This document shows, one piece after another, positions 27,284-35,834 of a stretch of DNA of 64,000 nucleotides. Numbering within the stretch: position 1 is the first letter of the stretch; each line of letters starts with the position of its first letter. The DNA is from Acidimicrobiales bacterium. Its GTDB lineage: Bacteria > Actinomycetota > Acidimicrobiia > Acidimicrobiales > UBA8190. The notes below the pieces were generated by a model that was given only the letters and a program-made list of their open reading frames with translations, was not told the origin of the DNA and did no database searches. The position numbers and the translations under genes were made by a program. The stretch is taken from the NCBI GenBank assembly GCA_031292675.1, contig JARLGQ010000073.1, forward strand, positions 629 through 64,628, written 5' to 3'.

Positions 27284-27990
27284 TCACCGGGCGCCTATGC
27301 CGGGTGCCAAGAACGACGTCAGAGCGGTGAGGCTGTGGATCACAGGTCCGGTCCAGCCTTGCTCGGGGTCGTGGACCATCGCATCGGTTGCGTCGGCGGT
27401 GACGAGGCGCACGGCGGCGATCCCGACTGCGGTGGCTCCGCTCAGTTCGTTGCTGCCACCGTCACCGACATAGATCGCGTCGGAGGGCTCGATGCCGAGG
27501 CGGTGGCATGCGGTCAGGTAGAGCGAGGGGTGAGGCTTGCGCTCTCCCATGAGGACCGAGAACACCGTGGCATCCACCAATGGCGCGACCGGCAGGCCGG
27601 CCCAGATGTCGGGGAGCTCGTGGGTGCAGTCGCTCACCACCGCCACCCGCAGCCCGCGCCGGCGAAGCCGGCGGAGCGTGCCCACCGCGTCGTGGCGCAA
27701 CTTGCGGGCATACCGGCCTTCGACTCTGAACGCACCGCGCAGGCAGCCGCCAGCTGCGCGTCCGTAGGGTGGTACCCACAGCGATCAGCGACCCACGTCA
27801 TGGTGGCGAGCATGTCGCCGCAGCGCCCCGTGGCCCGCTCGGTGAAGGTCGACGAGATGGTGTCGAACAGTTCGTCTGTCGGTATCCCCAGCGCCCGGGC
27901 GACATCGTTCGTCCCGGACCGGCGGACCGTGACCGATGTGTGCTCGGTGAGCGTCCCGTAGAAGTCGAAGATCACCGCTCCGAGGCTCAA
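27284..27990 (-). pseudogene. HAD-superfamily hydrolase, frame-disrupted as sequenced
   Basis: The N-terminal fragment starts at TTG 27990 after GGAGGAGG and carries motif I (VIFDFYGTL). The C-terminal fragment (FRVEGRYARKLRHDAVGTLRRLRRRGLRVAVVSDC ... YVGDGGSNEL) is in the -1 frame. The junction is near 27728..27733. The span is 707 nt, which is 3n+2. Confidence 0.7.
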
Positions 27991-28003
27991 CGATCCTCCT
28001 CCG

Positions 28004-28057
28004 GCCCTGTTCTCGGGTCATGCCCTGTTCTCGGGACATGCGCTGTTCTCGGGACAT
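28004..28057. repeat. 18-bp tandem direct repeat x3
   Basis: The units are GCCCTGTTCTCGGGTCAT / GCCCTGTTCTCGGGACAT / GCGCTGTTCTCGGGACAT. They lie in the 154-bp divergent region between the HAD gene (start 27990, -) and the DsbA-like gene (start 28145, +). Confidence 0.9.
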
Positions 28058-28144
28058 GATCGCACCCGGGAGCCGCACACCGTTCGGCGCATCCCGGTCC
28101 CTGGCGCGGGCTGAGCGCGTGCCGGCGGAGATAGCCTGGGGGGA

Positions 28145-28783
28145 GTGCCCCTCGTCGAGGTGTTCGTGGATCCGAGTTGCCCCTGGGCTTGGATCACGTC
28201 GCTGTGGGTCAAAGAGGTTGCCCCGCAGCGTGGCCTGGAGGTCGTCTGGCGCTCGTACTGCCTGGAGATCCGCGACGACTACGGCGTCGCCCCCACCGTG
28301 CCGGAGCGTCTTCGTGAAGCCGCGCTGGCGGGGCACGCCCTCTCGCACCGGATGCTTCGGATCTTCGAAGCCGCCCGGGCTCGAGCGGGTGAAGAGGCTG
28401 TCGACTCGCTCTTCGTCGAGTGGGGTCGCCGGTTCTTCGCCGACGGCGCCGTGCGGGACGACTCCCTTCTTTCGGAGTGCGTGGTCGCCAGCTGCCTGGA
28501 TCCCGAACTTCTCGGCGCCGCCAACGACGACAAGTGGGACGCGCCGATCATGGAGTCCATGGAGGTCGCCTACGCGTTCGGTGGGTCCAAGACCCAGACG
28601 CCGACGATCGTCATCGACGCCGACCCGCCCTACGGGTTCAAAGGCCCTGTGATGGCACCGGCGCCCACCGGCGACGCGGCCCTCCGGCTGTGGGACGCCA
28701 TCCAAGTCGTCGCCCGGGAGCCCGGCTTCTTCGAGATCACGCGTCCCCGGGCCCACCGCCCCGTACCACCGGGCCTCGCCTGA
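28145..28783 (+). CDS. DsbA/thioredoxin-fold protein (monothiol CPWA variant)
   Basis: 212 aa with a GTG start after GGGGGGA. The N-terminus VEVFVDPSCPWAWITS sits at the usual CxxC position. The rest resembles actinobacterial DsbA-family oxidoreductases. Confidence 0.82.
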   Translation: MPLVEVFVDPSCPWAWITSLWVKEVAPQRGLEVVWRSYCLEIRDDYGVAPTVPERLREAALAGHALSHRMLRIFEAARARAGEEAVDSLFVEWGRRFFADGAVRDDSLLSECVVASCLDPELLGAANDDKWDAPIMESMEVAYAFGGSKTQTPTIVIDADPPYGFKGPVMAPAPTGDAALRLWDAIQVVAREPGFFEITRPRAHRPVPPGLA

Positions 28784-28872
28784 GCCCGGCGGCCTTCGTG
28801 CCCACGGGATTGCACGCCGCCCGACCGTAGCCAGCCCGCACGCCGACCCCGAACGCTCGGCCGAAGGAGCCG

Positions 28873-29610
28873 TCAGTGCTCGACGCGCGCCCAGGCAGGA
28901 TCGCCGGCGCCGAACGCCCTGGTGGCCCCGGCGACGACAGTCACCATGATCAGGGCGATCGCCAATGGATAGACCTTCTGGGAGTGCACGATCAGCAGCG
29001 CTCCCACCACGGCGCCGGCGAACATCGTCGCCACCGTGAGCCCGCGGCGCCCGGCGTGGGCCCCGGTTCTTCCCGCCAGCGGGCCGTCGGCGGTGACGCC
29101 GGTGATCGTCATGGTGAGAACGGTGGTGGTGAGGTCGGGGACAGCCAGCTTTCGGGCCGCCGCGTTCTGGATTCCCATCGCGGCGCCGAGCACCACGATG
29201 AGGCCGTAGCGGTACCCCTGAGTGACCGGTGATCCGCTCAGCGCGGCGAAGACGACTGCCACCGCCACGAACGCCGTCTGGATCATCGTGCAGATGCTCA
29301 GCACGCGAGCTCGGTCCTTCGCCAGCTTCGAGCTCACCCGCCCGCCGAGACCGGCGCCCAGGCCGAACGCGCCCAGCGCCGCGATCGATGCCGGGATCGA
29401 GAACCCCCGCGCGCCGACGAGGGCGAAGGCCAGGAACACGACGTTGCCCGTCATGTTGGCGACGAACACATGCCCGAGGACGAGATAGCTGAACGAGTCG
29501 ACCAGACCGGTGACCATCGTCATGGTGAGCAGCAGCGGAGGGAGCGGACCGTGTGCACCGTCACGGTCGGGAATGACGGTCTGGCGGACCTCTGCGAGGA
29601 ACGAGTTCAT
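28873..29610 (-). CDS. YoaK/DUF1275-family membrane protein
   Basis: 245 aa from ATG 29610 after AGGAGA. It has the characteristic LLLTMTMVTGLVDSFSYL...ANMTGNVV motif and 6 hydrophobic helices. Confidence 0.8.
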   Translation of the reverse strand: MNSFLAEVRQTVIPDRDGAHGPLPPLLLTMTMVTGLVDSFSYLVLGHVFVANMTGNVVFLAFALVGARGFSIPASIAALGAFGLGAGLGGRVSSKLAKDRARVLSICTMIQTAFVAVAVVFAALSGSPVTQGYRYGLIVVLGAAMGIQNAAARKLAVPDLTTTVLTMTITGVTADGPLAGRTGAHAGRRGLTVATMFAGAVVGALLIVHSQKVYPLAIALIMVTVVAGATRAFGAGDPAWARVEH

Positions 29611-29822
29611 GGCGTCTCCTGCGGTCGCGCCCGATGTCTGTGGCGTTGCCCGTGATGATATTGGACCGGCCGGGACGGGTCCCGGGGAAGTCGAGACCGC
29701 ACCGCGGCAGCCACCCACCGACGGCTCGTGGGGCGGAGCGCAGGGCGAGCTGGCCGCCGCGCCGTGGCCATCCAGGTCCGAAGGCGGGCTCGGTGTTCAC
29801 CCGCCTGCGCCGAGGCCGGCCT

Positions 29823-30722
29823 TCAAGCCAGCACGCGCCGGCGGAAATTGCGCAGGCCGATGCTCAGGAAGAGCGTGCAGAATCCGAGGAGCACGGGGAA
29901 GATGACATAGAGGTGCATGTGCTGGGCGTTGGTGAACGCGGCCCGCATCCCTTCGTTCACGTAGATGAGCGGGTTGACGAGCACGATCGTCTGCAGCCAG
30001 TGCCAAGCGCCGATCTTCACCGGGCCGAGCCGGGTCCACTGGTAGTAGGTGCCCCCCAGAAAGGTGATGGGAAGGACGACGAAGCCGAACATGAGGCCGA
30101 TGTTGCGAGGCTCGAAGCTGGTGCCGAGCACGAGGCCCAGCGCCGCCATCGCCACGCACGAGATCGGGACCAGGGTGAGGATGATCCACCAGTGCAGGTT
30201 GATGTGGGCCTCCACGCCGCCGGCGTGCACCACCGATGCGATGGGCAGGACGATGATGGCCGAGATGATGCCCTGCATGGCTCCGGACAGGACCTTGGCG
30301 CTCGCCACGAGCCAGATCGGGCACGGGGCCTGGACCCGGTCCTCGATCTCGCGCGTGTACCCGAACTCCTGGGCCATCTGCAACGCGACGGACTGCACAC
30401 CTTGGAACATGATGGAGATCCCCACCACTCCGGGGACCAGCACGGTGGCGAACGCCGACGATGCGCGGGCGCTGCCGGCGCCACTTCCGCCTCCGCCACC
30501 CACCGCCTGCCCGATCTTGGGGAAGACGTAGAGGAAGACGAAGCACAGCAGAAAGGGCTGCACCACGGTACGGGCGACGAACTCCAAGAAGTGCTTCCGG
30601 AGCACGACGAAGTCGCGCAGCATCAGGGCTTGGAGGGCGATGCGGCTGGCCGACGCAGCCGATCGGACGGGCTCGGTGGCGATGGGGGCGTGGCTGGAGG
30701 GGCTGGGCACGGTCGTCGTCAT
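29823..30722 (-). CDS. ABC-2-type exporter permease (DrrB/NodJ-like)
   Basis: 299 aa with six TM segments. Its ATG shares 1 nt with the ATPase stop (TGATG). Confidence 0.88.
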   Translation of the reverse strand: MTTTVPSPSSHAPIATEPVRSAASASRIALQALMLRDFVVLRKHFLEFVARTVVQPFLLCFVFLYVFPKIGQAVGGGGGSGAGSARASSAFATVLVPGVVGISIMFQGVQSVALQMAQEFGYTREIEDRVQAPCPIWLVASAKVLSGAMQGIISAIIVLPIASVVHAGGVEAHINLHWWIILTLVPISCVAMAALGLVLGTSFEPRNIGLMFGFVVLPITFLGGTYYQWTRLGPVKIGAWHWLQTIVLVNPLIYVNEGMRAAFTNAQHMHLYVIFPVLLGFCTLFLSIGLRNFRRRVLA

Positions 30723-31711
30723 CAGTCGCGTAGCTCCCTGCCGGTGAGGTTGATGAACACCGTCTCGAGACTCGGTTCGGCCACCGACAGGTCGGCGACC
30801 TCGAAGCCGCCGCTCTCGGCCGCGGCCACCAGTCGGGGGAGAAGTCGGGTCCTGCCCCGCACGTGCAGCTCGAGGCCGGCTTCGGTCGGTCGGACGCGGG
30901 TCACCTCTTCGATCTCGCGTTGGAGCACGTCGGCCAATCGTTGCTGGTCACCGGCCGCCTTGACCGTCACGATGGTGTCGGCCCCCACGCTCTCCTTGAG
31001 GCGGGCGGGTGTGTCGAGGGCCAGGATCTTGCCGTGGTCCATGATCGCCACCCGGCCGCACAGCTGGTCTGCCTCCTCCATGTAGTGGGTGGTCAACAGG
31101 ATCGTCTGGCCGCTGGCATTGAGCTCGCGCAGGATGTCCCACAGCACGAGCCGGCTCTGGGGGTCGAGACCGGCGGTGGGCTCGTCCATGAACAGGACGG
31201 CGGGATTGTGGAAGATCGACCGGGCCACCATGAGGCGCTGGGCCATGCCGCCCGACAACGCGTACACCGAAGCCTTGGCCCATTTGGAGAGCTGGAACTT
31301 CTCGAGGAGCTCGTCCGCGGTCTGGCGCGACTCGGCCGCGCCGATGCCGAAGAGGCGGCCGTGGAAGTACAGGTTCTCCCATACGTTCAGCTGCCGGTCG
31401 AGGGTGTTGGTCTGTGACACCACCCCGACGAGCTGTTTGGCCAGGGCAGGGTGGGCTACGACGTCGATGTTCGAGATGAAGGCGCGTCCCGAGGTCGGGA
31501 TGACGCGGGTGGTGAGGATCCCGGCCGTGGTCGTCTTCCCGGCGCCGTTGGGTCCGAGCAGGCCGAAGATCTCACCGACACCGACCGACAGGTTGAGCTC
31601 GTCGACGGCGCGGAAGTCGGTGCCCGTGTAGACCTTGGTCAGGTCGACGGTCCGCACGATGGCACCGGAACCGACGGCGTTCGTGTCGATGTCGAGATCG
31701 GTCGCTGTCAT
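30722..31711 (-). CDS. ABC exporter ATP-binding protein (DrrA-like)
   Basis: Walker A is GPNGAGKTT, the signature is LSGGMAQRL and Walker B is VLFMDEPTAGLD. It has a C-terminal DrrA-type extension. Confidence 0.92.
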   Translation of the reverse strand: MTATDLDIDTNAVGSGAIVRTVDLTKVYTGTDFRAVDELNLSVGVGEIFGLLGPNGAGKTTTAGILTTRVIPTSGRAFISNIDVVAHPALAKQLVGVVSQTNTLDRQLNVWENLYFHGRLFGIGAAESRQTADELLEKFQLSKWAKASVYALSGGMAQRLMVARSIFHNPAVLFMDEPTAGLDPQSRLVLWDILRELNASGQTILLTTHYMEEADQLCGRVAIMDHGKILALDTPARLKESVGADTIVTVKAAGDQQRLADVLQREIEEVTRVRPTEAGLELHVRGRTRLLPRLVAAAESGGFEVADLSVAEPSLETVFINLTGRELRD

Positions 31712-31789
31712 GGTCTGTCAGCCGGCAAGGCTATCGACTGGGGGTCGGCCCGACCGCCACCGGACCTGGGTCGCGTCGAGGTGCACCTG

Positions 31790-32296
31790 TCACTTCCGTT
31801 TGCGGGGCGAAGGTGCCAACTCGCCGTCGAGCTCGGCCGCGCGGATGCGCAGGCGGGCAGCTTTGGCGACGCGTTCTTCGCGAAAGGCCGTCACGCCCAG
31901 GATGATGTCGTCGAGCCGGGCGACGAGTTTGTCGTTTGCCTCGATGGCGTTGGCCAGGAGCCCTCGCCGGAGCTCGGCTCGGGCATTGGCCTTGTAGGCG
32001 CTGCGCAGCTTGTCCAGGACGTCCTCGGTCTCGAGCACCACGCGGATCTCCGCCAGCGAGAAGCCCACCAGCTCCTGGAGCTCTCGGATTCGCTTGGCTC
32101 GTTCGGCTTGGGAGCCGGAGTAGACCCGTTCGCTTCCATGGCGTTGCGAGCTGGGCTCCAACAGGCCGATCTCCTCCCAGTACCGCAGCGTGCGGGTGGT
32201 GACGCCGCACAGCTTGGCCACTTCGCCGATCCGCAGGGTGTGCTCGTCGTCACCGTTGGTCTGGGGCGGGTCGGGGGTGCCACCTCGGCGGGTCAT
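31790..32296 (-). CDS. MerR-family transcriptional regulator
   Basis: The HTH reads LRIGEVAKLCGVTTRTLRYWEEIGLL. A coiled-coil dimerisation helix follows. The ATG overlaps the MFS stop (ATGA). Confidence 0.9.
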   Translation of the reverse strand: MTRRGGTPDPPQTNGDDEHTLRIGEVAKLCGVTTRTLRYWEEIGLLEPSSQRHGSERVYSGSQAERAKRIRELQELVGFSLAEIRVVLETEDVLDKLRSAYKANARAELRRGLLANAIEANDKLVARLDDIILGVTAFREERVAKAARLRIRAAELDGELAPSPRKRK

Positions 32297-34098
32297 CGTG
32301 TGCCCTTGCCCTCGAGGGTCACCATCGGCTCCCGCTCCCGCTGGTCAGGTGCCTCGGCGAGGGGCCGCCGCGCCGGTGCAGGAGGTTCGACGAAGACGTA
32401 CTTCCCACCGCGCAACCACGATGCCACGGCAGCCACGAGGCACGCCACGATGGCGAAGTCGAACGCGGCGTGGAGCCCCTGGCGGAACGGCGCCGAGATG
32501 AGGTTGGGGAAGAAGCTTCGGCCCGTCACCACTGCGGCGTGGCCCGGGGGGAGATGCGCCAGGACGGCGTTGCCGAGCAAATGCTGCACGGGGTTGTACC
32601 CCAAGAAGGCGGCGAACAATGTGGACACCGGTGGGAGGTGCGCCACCCGGTCGGCCACGCCTGTGGGTACCCCCTGCGCCACTAGGCCGTGGTACATGGC
32701 GGCGGGCAGCGATGACGACAGGCCCACGATCATCAGGGTGAAGAAGATGCCGACGGACAGGACCTGAGCGGAGTTCTGGAAGGTGGAGTTCATCCCCGAC
32801 CCGGCGCCGCGGTGCTGGGGAGGGAGGCTGTTCATGACCCCGGCCCGGTTGGGCGAGCCGAACGTGCCCATGGTGAGGCCCAGGATCAGCAGGATCACAC
32901 CGAAGACCCAGTACGAGAAGTCGACGGGCAGCAGCTCGAGCGCGACGAACGAGACGGCGGAGCCCACCATCCCCCCGGTGGCGAAAGGCCGTGCTCCGTA
33001 TCGGTCCGAGAGCACGCCGGCCAGCGGCCCGGAGATCAGGAACCCGGTGGTGAGCGGCAGCATGGCGATGCCCGCCCACAACGGCGTGCGGGCGAAGTCG
33101 AATCCGTGCAGGGGGAGCCAGATCCCCTGCAGCCAGATGATCAACATGAACATCAGGCCACCGCGCCCCACCGCCGCCAGGAAGCTGGCCAGCACCCCGG
33201 CGGTGAAGGCGCGGATGCGGAAGAGCGGCAGCCGGAACATGGGCTCGGCCACCCGTGTCTCGATGATGGCGAAGGCGATGAGCAGCGCGACGCCGGCGCC
33301 GAGCTCGAACAGCACGGCGGGAGCGGTCCAACCCATGGTGTGGTGTCCATGGGGCTCGATGCCGTAGGTGATGCCGATCATGAGGAAGATGAGGCCGAAG
33401 GCGAAGGTGAGGTTCCCCGGCCAGTCGATGTGCGCCCGGGTCCGGCGGCCCACCTCCCGCAACTGCAGGTAGCCCCACACCGTCCCGAGGAGCCCGATGG
33501 GTACCGACACGAGGAAGATGAGCCGCCAGTTGATCGGCGCCAGCACTCCTCCGAGGACGAGGCCGATGAAGGTGCCGCTGATTGCCGCGGCCTGGTTGAT
33601 GCCGAGCGCCATGCCCCGTTGCTCCTCGGGGAAGGCGTCAGTGAGGATGGCCGAGGAGTTGGCCACCAGGAATGCGGCGCCGACGCCCTGGAACACCCGC
33701 ACGATGATCAGCCACAGGCCCGCCGCGGCCCCGTGCATCCACGTGATCGTGAGCAGCAGCGAGAAGAACGTGAAGATGGCGAAGCCAAGGTTGTACATCC
33801 GCACCCGCCCGTAGATGTCACCCAGGCGGCCGAGGTTGACCACGAGCACACTGGTGACCACCAGGAAGCTCAGGATCATCCACAGCAGGTAGAAGCTGTT
33901 GCCGGGCTGGAGGGGGTCGAGGTGGATGCCCCGGAAGATGTCGGGCAGGGAGATGAGCAGGATCGAGCCGTCGATGCTGGCCATCAACATGCCCATGGTG
34001 GTGTTGACGAGCGCTACCCACTTGTAGCCGTCGCTCAGCTGGTCCGACCGGGCGCGTCCTCGCATGCCACGAGCCGTGCCCGGACCTGCGGCGGTCAC
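32293..34098 (-). CDS. MFS transporter, 14-TMS DHA2 (EmrB/QacA-like) drug:H+ antiporter family
   Basis: 601 aa with about 14 hydrophobic segments. It has MFS motif A-like GRLGDIYGR and motif C-like GPLAGVLSDRYG. The GTG 34098 start is uncertain. Confidence 0.9.
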   Translation of the reverse strand: MTAAGPGTARGMRGRARSDQLSDGYKWVALVNTTMGMLMASIDGSILLISLPDIFRGIHLDPLQPGNSFYLLWMILSFLVVTSVLVVNLGRLGDIYGRVRMYNLGFAIFTFFSLLLTITWMHGAAAGLWLIIVRVFQGVGAAFLVANSSAILTDAFPEEQRGMALGINQAAAISGTFIGLVLGGVLAPINWRLIFLVSVPIGLLGTVWGYLQLREVGRRTRAHIDWPGNLTFAFGLIFLMIGITYGIEPHGHHTMGWTAPAVLFELGAGVALLIAFAIIETRVAEPMFRLPLFRIRAFTAGVLASFLAAVGRGGLMFMLIIWLQGIWLPLHGFDFARTPLWAGIAMLPLTTGFLISGPLAGVLSDRYGARPFATGGMVGSAVSFVALELLPVDFSYWVFGVILLILGLTMGTFGSPNRAGVMNSLPPQHRGAGSGMNSTFQNSAQVLSVGIFFTLMIVGLSSSLPAAMYHGLVAQGVPTGVADRVAHLPPVSTLFAAFLGYNPVQHLLGNAVLAHLPPGHAAVVTGRSFFPNLISAPFRQGLHAAFDFAIVACLVAAVASWLRGGKYVFVEPPAPARRPLAEAPDQREREPMVTLEGKGTR

Positions 34099-34112
34099 CC
34101 CGGGGTTCTTTG

Positions 34113-34130
34113 GTTGACGTTCACGTCAAC
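34113..34130. promoter_or_regulatory. Perfect 8-2-8 palindrome GTTGACGT-TC-ACGTCAAC immediately upstream of the MFS-MerR-ABC operon
   Basis: Read directly from the sequence. It is flanked by direct repeats GGTCACCC (34093..34100 and 34131..34138). It lies 15 nt upstream of the predicted MFS start codon. Confidence 0.4.
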
Positions 34131-34803
34131 GGTCACCCTACCCGGGGACCCGTGCGTCGGTAAAACACACGCGCCACTTTCGTCACAGCGGGTCAGCGGC
34201 GACGACGACCCAAATAGAGCGAGGCCAAGAACGCCCCGAAGGCTCCGCCGACCGCTCCGACGATCACCACGGCAATCCACGGCACCTCAGGAGTCTGTCA
34301 CCTGCCCCGTTACGCCGGGAGGGTCATGCCACCCGACACCTACGACCCCGACGCACGGGTCCCCCCTACCCTTCTGGGATCGGCGTGCGCGCCCGGCGCG
34401 GACGAGGAGCCGATCGGGCCTGCTGGTGGCGCACCCTCCGGATGCGGAGTCCGCGATGGGGCGGGCAGGTCGGCGTCCCGACCTCTGGGAGGCGGCGGGG
34501 CGGGCTTCCTGGGGGTAATCGAGAACCCCGGCCCCGCGCGTCCCCCATGTGTCGTCGCAAGGACCATCCGACGACTCCACCCAGAGTATCCGCGTGGGAG
34601 CCAAATTCTCAGGAAAAACCCAGAATGGCTCGTTACCGGCCCGACGAATACGACAAGAGGACACGCCGTCCCTGACGCCGTTCCCACTGCCGACGTGTGC
34701 GGGCGGGAGCCGAGACGCGCCTCGCCTTCGCGCCTAGGCTGCGAACACCGTCGCGAGGAGATCGGGACCTCGGGCGGAATCGGGACGACGAGCGGGGGAT
34801 GTC

Positions 34804-35637
34804 GTGGGTACACGCCGGATGAAGTGGATGGCGTCGGTGGGGCTGGTAGCCGTACTGGGCGTCGGCACGGCGGCCGGGATCGCCACCAGTGCGGCTGCGA
34901 AGCCCAAGCCCGTGCACGCCACCGTGGCGACGGCCCCGGTGACGACGGCGTCGTTCAGCTTCACCGCCACTGTCAGCGGGATCGCCAAGAACCTGGGAGC
35001 GATCACGGTGACCGGCTCGGGCCAGGCTGACCTCGTCAACGACGCCGTCTCGTTGTCGGTGACCCTTCCTGGTTCTGTGGCCAGGTTGATCCCCGGTGGT
35101 TCGGCCATGCCCGAGGTGGTCGATGCCGTGCTGTCGGGTGGCACCGTGTACGTCGAGGTGCCGTCGCTCGCCGCCCTGCTGGGCGCGCCGTGGATCTCCG
35201 TGGCCCTGCCGTCGAGCGCGAATGCCGCCATCCCGGGAGTCTTCACCAAGGTCGGTGGCGCTCTGGGCGACGTCAACGAGATCCTCGCCTTCGCGCGTTC
35301 GCATCACGCCTCGGTGCACTCCCTGGGGTCCTCGATGGTCGACGAGACCTCGGTGACCGGCAGCCGGGTGACGGCGCACGTGAAGAGGCTGAACCTCGTG
35401 GCCACCTTGTGGGCGGACTCGTCGGACCGCCTCGTCCAGGCCATTGTGGGTGCGACGACCCACCGGGGTCTCGACATCTCGGCAGTGGTGAACTTCACCG
35501 ACTACGACGCCCCAGTCACGATCACCGCCCCGCCGCCGTCGCAGGTCAAGGCCATCCCGCTCTCGGTCGTCACCAGCGTCCTGGGGGGACTGCTCTATCA
35601 CGTCAAGCTCGGGACGCACGGCGGAAAGAAGATCTGA
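34804..35637 (+). CDS. Secreted protein (hypothetical)
   Basis: 277 aa. It has a signal-peptide-like N-terminus (MKWMASVGLVAVLGVGTAAGIATSAAA), beta-rich Ser/Thr/Val composition and high GC3. I recognise no family. Confidence 0.7.
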   Translation: MGTRRMKWMASVGLVAVLGVGTAAGIATSAAAKPKPVHATVATAPVTTASFSFTATVSGIAKNLGAITVTGSGQADLVNDAVSLSVTLPGSVARLIPGGSAMPEVVDAVLSGGTVYVEVPSLAALLGAPWISVALPSSANAAIPGVFTKVGGALGDVNEILAFARSHHASVHSLGSSMVDETSVTGSRVTAHVKRLNLVATLWADSSDRLVQAIVGATTHRGLDISAVVNFTDYDAPVTITAPPPSQVKAIPLSVVTSVLGGLLYHVKLGTHGGKKI

Positions 35638-35834
35638 CGATCGCCTGTTGACCGCGGCACCGGGCCGGTCCGCCGGTCCGTGCCGCCGGTCCGTCCGCGT
35701 CGAGCCCACGCCCGGGTCCTCGATCGGCCCAGGATTGGGCATCGGATCCTTTCAAAGGCGGCCGTCGAGGAGTAGGACTGGTGCAGCGAATCCCGCCCCT
35801 GCCGGGCGGGCGCTCCTCACGGAAGGAGGGCGCC

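Noticed and set aside
28004-28057. Considered whether the tandem repeats here, or at 36744..36815, are a miniature CRISPR array.
   Set aside because: The units are contiguous with no spacers, only 12-18 bp long, and there are no cas genes in the window.
27785-28756. A 323-aa minus-strand ORF that would translate the 18-bp repeats as MSREQR-MSREQG-MTREQG.
   Set aside because: It is antisense to the DsbA-like gene, which has a clear thioredoxin-fold motif and an SD. It is also out of frame with the HAD gene. The repeats are therefore treated as non-coding.
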